NCBI RefSeq assembly: GCF_006345805.1
Contig: NC_042999.1
Location: 16,058,001 to 16,122,000 of the forward strand
DNA from: Octopus sinensis
Lineage: Eukaryota
Length of the DNA: 64,000 bases
Reading direction: 5' to 3'
The translations under genes were made by a program, and so were the position numbers. Below, one piece after another: positions 61,836-64,000 of the stretch (position 1 is the first letter of the stretch; each line of letters begins with the position of its first letter). The notes beneath the pieces are model-generated. The model had not been told where the DNA came from. It made no database searches and saw only the letters and a list, made by a program, of their open reading frames with translations.

Positions 61836-61898
<63 letters not shown>

Positions 61899-61912
61899 GG
61901 GCTTCTTGCAGT

Positions 61913-62147
61913 TTCTTATTTCTTTATTGCCCACAAAGGGCTAAACATAGAGGGGACAAACAAGGACAGACAAAGTGGATTAAGTCGATTACATTAACCC
62001 CAGTGCATAACTGGTACTTAATTTATCGACCCTGAAAGGATCAAAGACACAGTCGACTTGGCAGAATTCAAACTCAGAACATAACGGCAGATGAAATACT
62101 GGTAAGCGTTTTGCTTGGCGTGCTAACGTTTCTGCCAGCTCACCGCA
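61913..62147 (-). mobile_element. SINE family B
   Basis: Consensus match. Confidence 0.9.
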
Positions 62148-63124
62148 TTCTTTCAGTTTCTGTCTACAAAATCCACCCCCAAGGCTTTGTTATTGTAGAA
62201 GGTCTTACCCAAAGTGCCATTCAGTAGTAGTGAACCCAAAACCAGCCAGTTGGAAACTAGCTTCTCAACCATAACAGCCACAGCTACACCTATAATATAA
62301 ATAATAATAATAATAATAAAAAAAGGTGGGATTGCTCATTAAGTTAATGGATGTCATTTGAATATTAACACCTGAGTTAGTTACATAATTATGATGATTT
62401 TTCACCTTAAATATAATATCCTTTTCACTGACTTTAACAACATGTCTCCTAATAGGAGCAAAAATATTTTGATTATTCAATTTTATTTGTTAAGAAGAAT
62501 ATAACTTATTGAATACGTTTTAGCCTTATGATGTTTCATAAAAGAATATTAAGACAATACTGTGTGTCTTTTATAATTTTATTCTCATATTGATATGTCA
62601 CAATAGCCATTAAATGATGATAACTGATAACACATCAGTGGAATTTTCTGACTTTCCATTGATAAATAAATCTTTCTGCTTTTCTATTAATATATAATTG
62701 CTAGCATGATGCTTTCATTGATACAACACATAAAAAGGCTTCGTTAATTATCTTTGCTTGTAAGTAAAATCATTTAAGACAGATATTTGATTATATTATT
62801 TAACAATCATATCATCATGCTTGGATTTATGATTGATTCTCTTTTCCTTCTTTCTTTCTTTATTTTGCTTTTTTTTTGTTGTTGTTGTTGTTGTTGTTGT
62901 CTTTTGCTTGTTGTCTTTTTCTTTTTTATCACAGCAAAGCAAAACAAAGGATTCAGAATTTAATAATGGCCAATTGAGAAATTATCTTTTCAGTTTGTAA
63001 TTTATTACCAGTGTGCTTTTCAAAATATTATTACAGCACAGTCAGAGTAGTTGATGGGGAAGCTGATGACAGCGACAAGGATAATGATGACAGTGACAAG
63101 CAATGGAGATGATGAATCTGTTGA

Positions 63125-63790
63125 TGATGATGGTGGTGGTGGTGGTAGTGGTGGTGGTAGTAGTGGTGGTAGTGGTAGTGGTGGTAGTGGTGGTGGTGGT
63201 GGTGGTAGTGGTGGTGGTGGTGGTGGTTGTTGTTGTGGTGGTGGTGGTGGTGGTTGTAGTGGTGGTGGTGCTGGTGGTGGTGATGGTTGTCATTTTCATT
63301 GCAGTGGTAGTGGTAGTAGTGGTGCAGGTGGTGCTGGTGGTGGTGGTTGTGGTGGTGGTGATGGTTGTCATTATCAAGGAAGTGGTGGTGGCAGTGGTAG
63401 TGGTAGTAGTGGTGCAGCGGTGCTGGTGGTGGTGGTTGTGGTGGTGGTTGTGGTCGTCATTATCAAGGAAGTGGTGGTGGCAGTGGTAGTGGTAGTAGTG
63501 GTGCAGGTGGTGCTGGTGGTTGTGGTGATGGTTGTCATTGTCATAGAAGTGATGGTGGTGGTGCTAATGGTAACAATAACGATGAGGAAGAAGAAGAGTG
63601 AGGAAATGGTGAGGAGGGTGGTGGTGGTAGTGGTGATGATGAGGAGAAGCAGGAGGGTGAGGAAGAAGAGGAGAAAAGGGGAAGGAGGAGGAGGTGATGT
63701 GATGGTGATGACGGTAATATGATGGTGGTGGTGGTGGTGGTGGTGGTTGTCATCGTCGTCGTCGTCGTGATGGTGACAATAATGATGATG
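63125..63790. repeat. (GGT)n-rich tract with ~90-bp internal repeats
   Basis: Directly visible. Confidence 0.9.
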
Positions 63791-64000
63791 TAAAGAAAGA
63801 TATAAAATTTCCAACAATTTTCTCTCATATCAAAACAATGTTATTTAAAAAAAAAAAAAAGCAATTAACAAAATGTTCCCCTTTATGAAATTTCAATAAT
63901 TGAAAATCCATGTGACAAAACAAAAAGCGATAATATACCAGGAAATGTGCAAGATTAGATCCCTTGTTCTATTTAGCTTTAAGTTATCATGACCTGGTCC

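Noticed and set aside
63051-63722. Gly/Ser/Cys-rich 223-aa ORF resembling loricrin or cuticle-type proteins
   Set aside because: Glycine codons are almost all GGT from a (GGT)n tract, and the Gly frame switches to poly-Val mid-ORF; treated as microsatellite.

Overview
AT-rich, microsatellite-dense eukaryotic DNA with no confidently identifiable host protein-coding gene. The tRNA-derived SINE families and repeat landscape suggest a cephalopod (Octopus-like) intron or intergenic region; this is inference only. Most long ORFs in the supplied track are translations of simple repeats. The window is a nest of mobile elements: three tRNA-headed SINE families (called A, B and D here); many RTE 3'-UTR copies (family C); RTE and CR1 LINE fragments; two R4/Dong-type REL-endonuclease retrotransposons; a Penelope-like element (RT + C-terminal GIY-YIG); a decayed copia-like gag/protease; an internally deleted Tc1/mariner and a related MITE; a 10-unit tandem array of piggyBac-type MITEs; and several fold-back elements. 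The most notable signal, found by eye and not tested computationally, is seven minimal type-I hammerhead ribozyme motifs from five unrelated sequence families, all in elements lying in or beside (TA)n/(TAA)n tracts. They include a tRNA-head + (TAA)n + hammerhead-tail SINE-like unit (3 copies, one head-to-head pair) whose TAA tract hosts other insertions, and a highly structured ~340-nt retrozyme-like element with a U3-A8 covariant core. Repeat boundaries are approximate (about +/-10-20 bp) unless stated otherwise.
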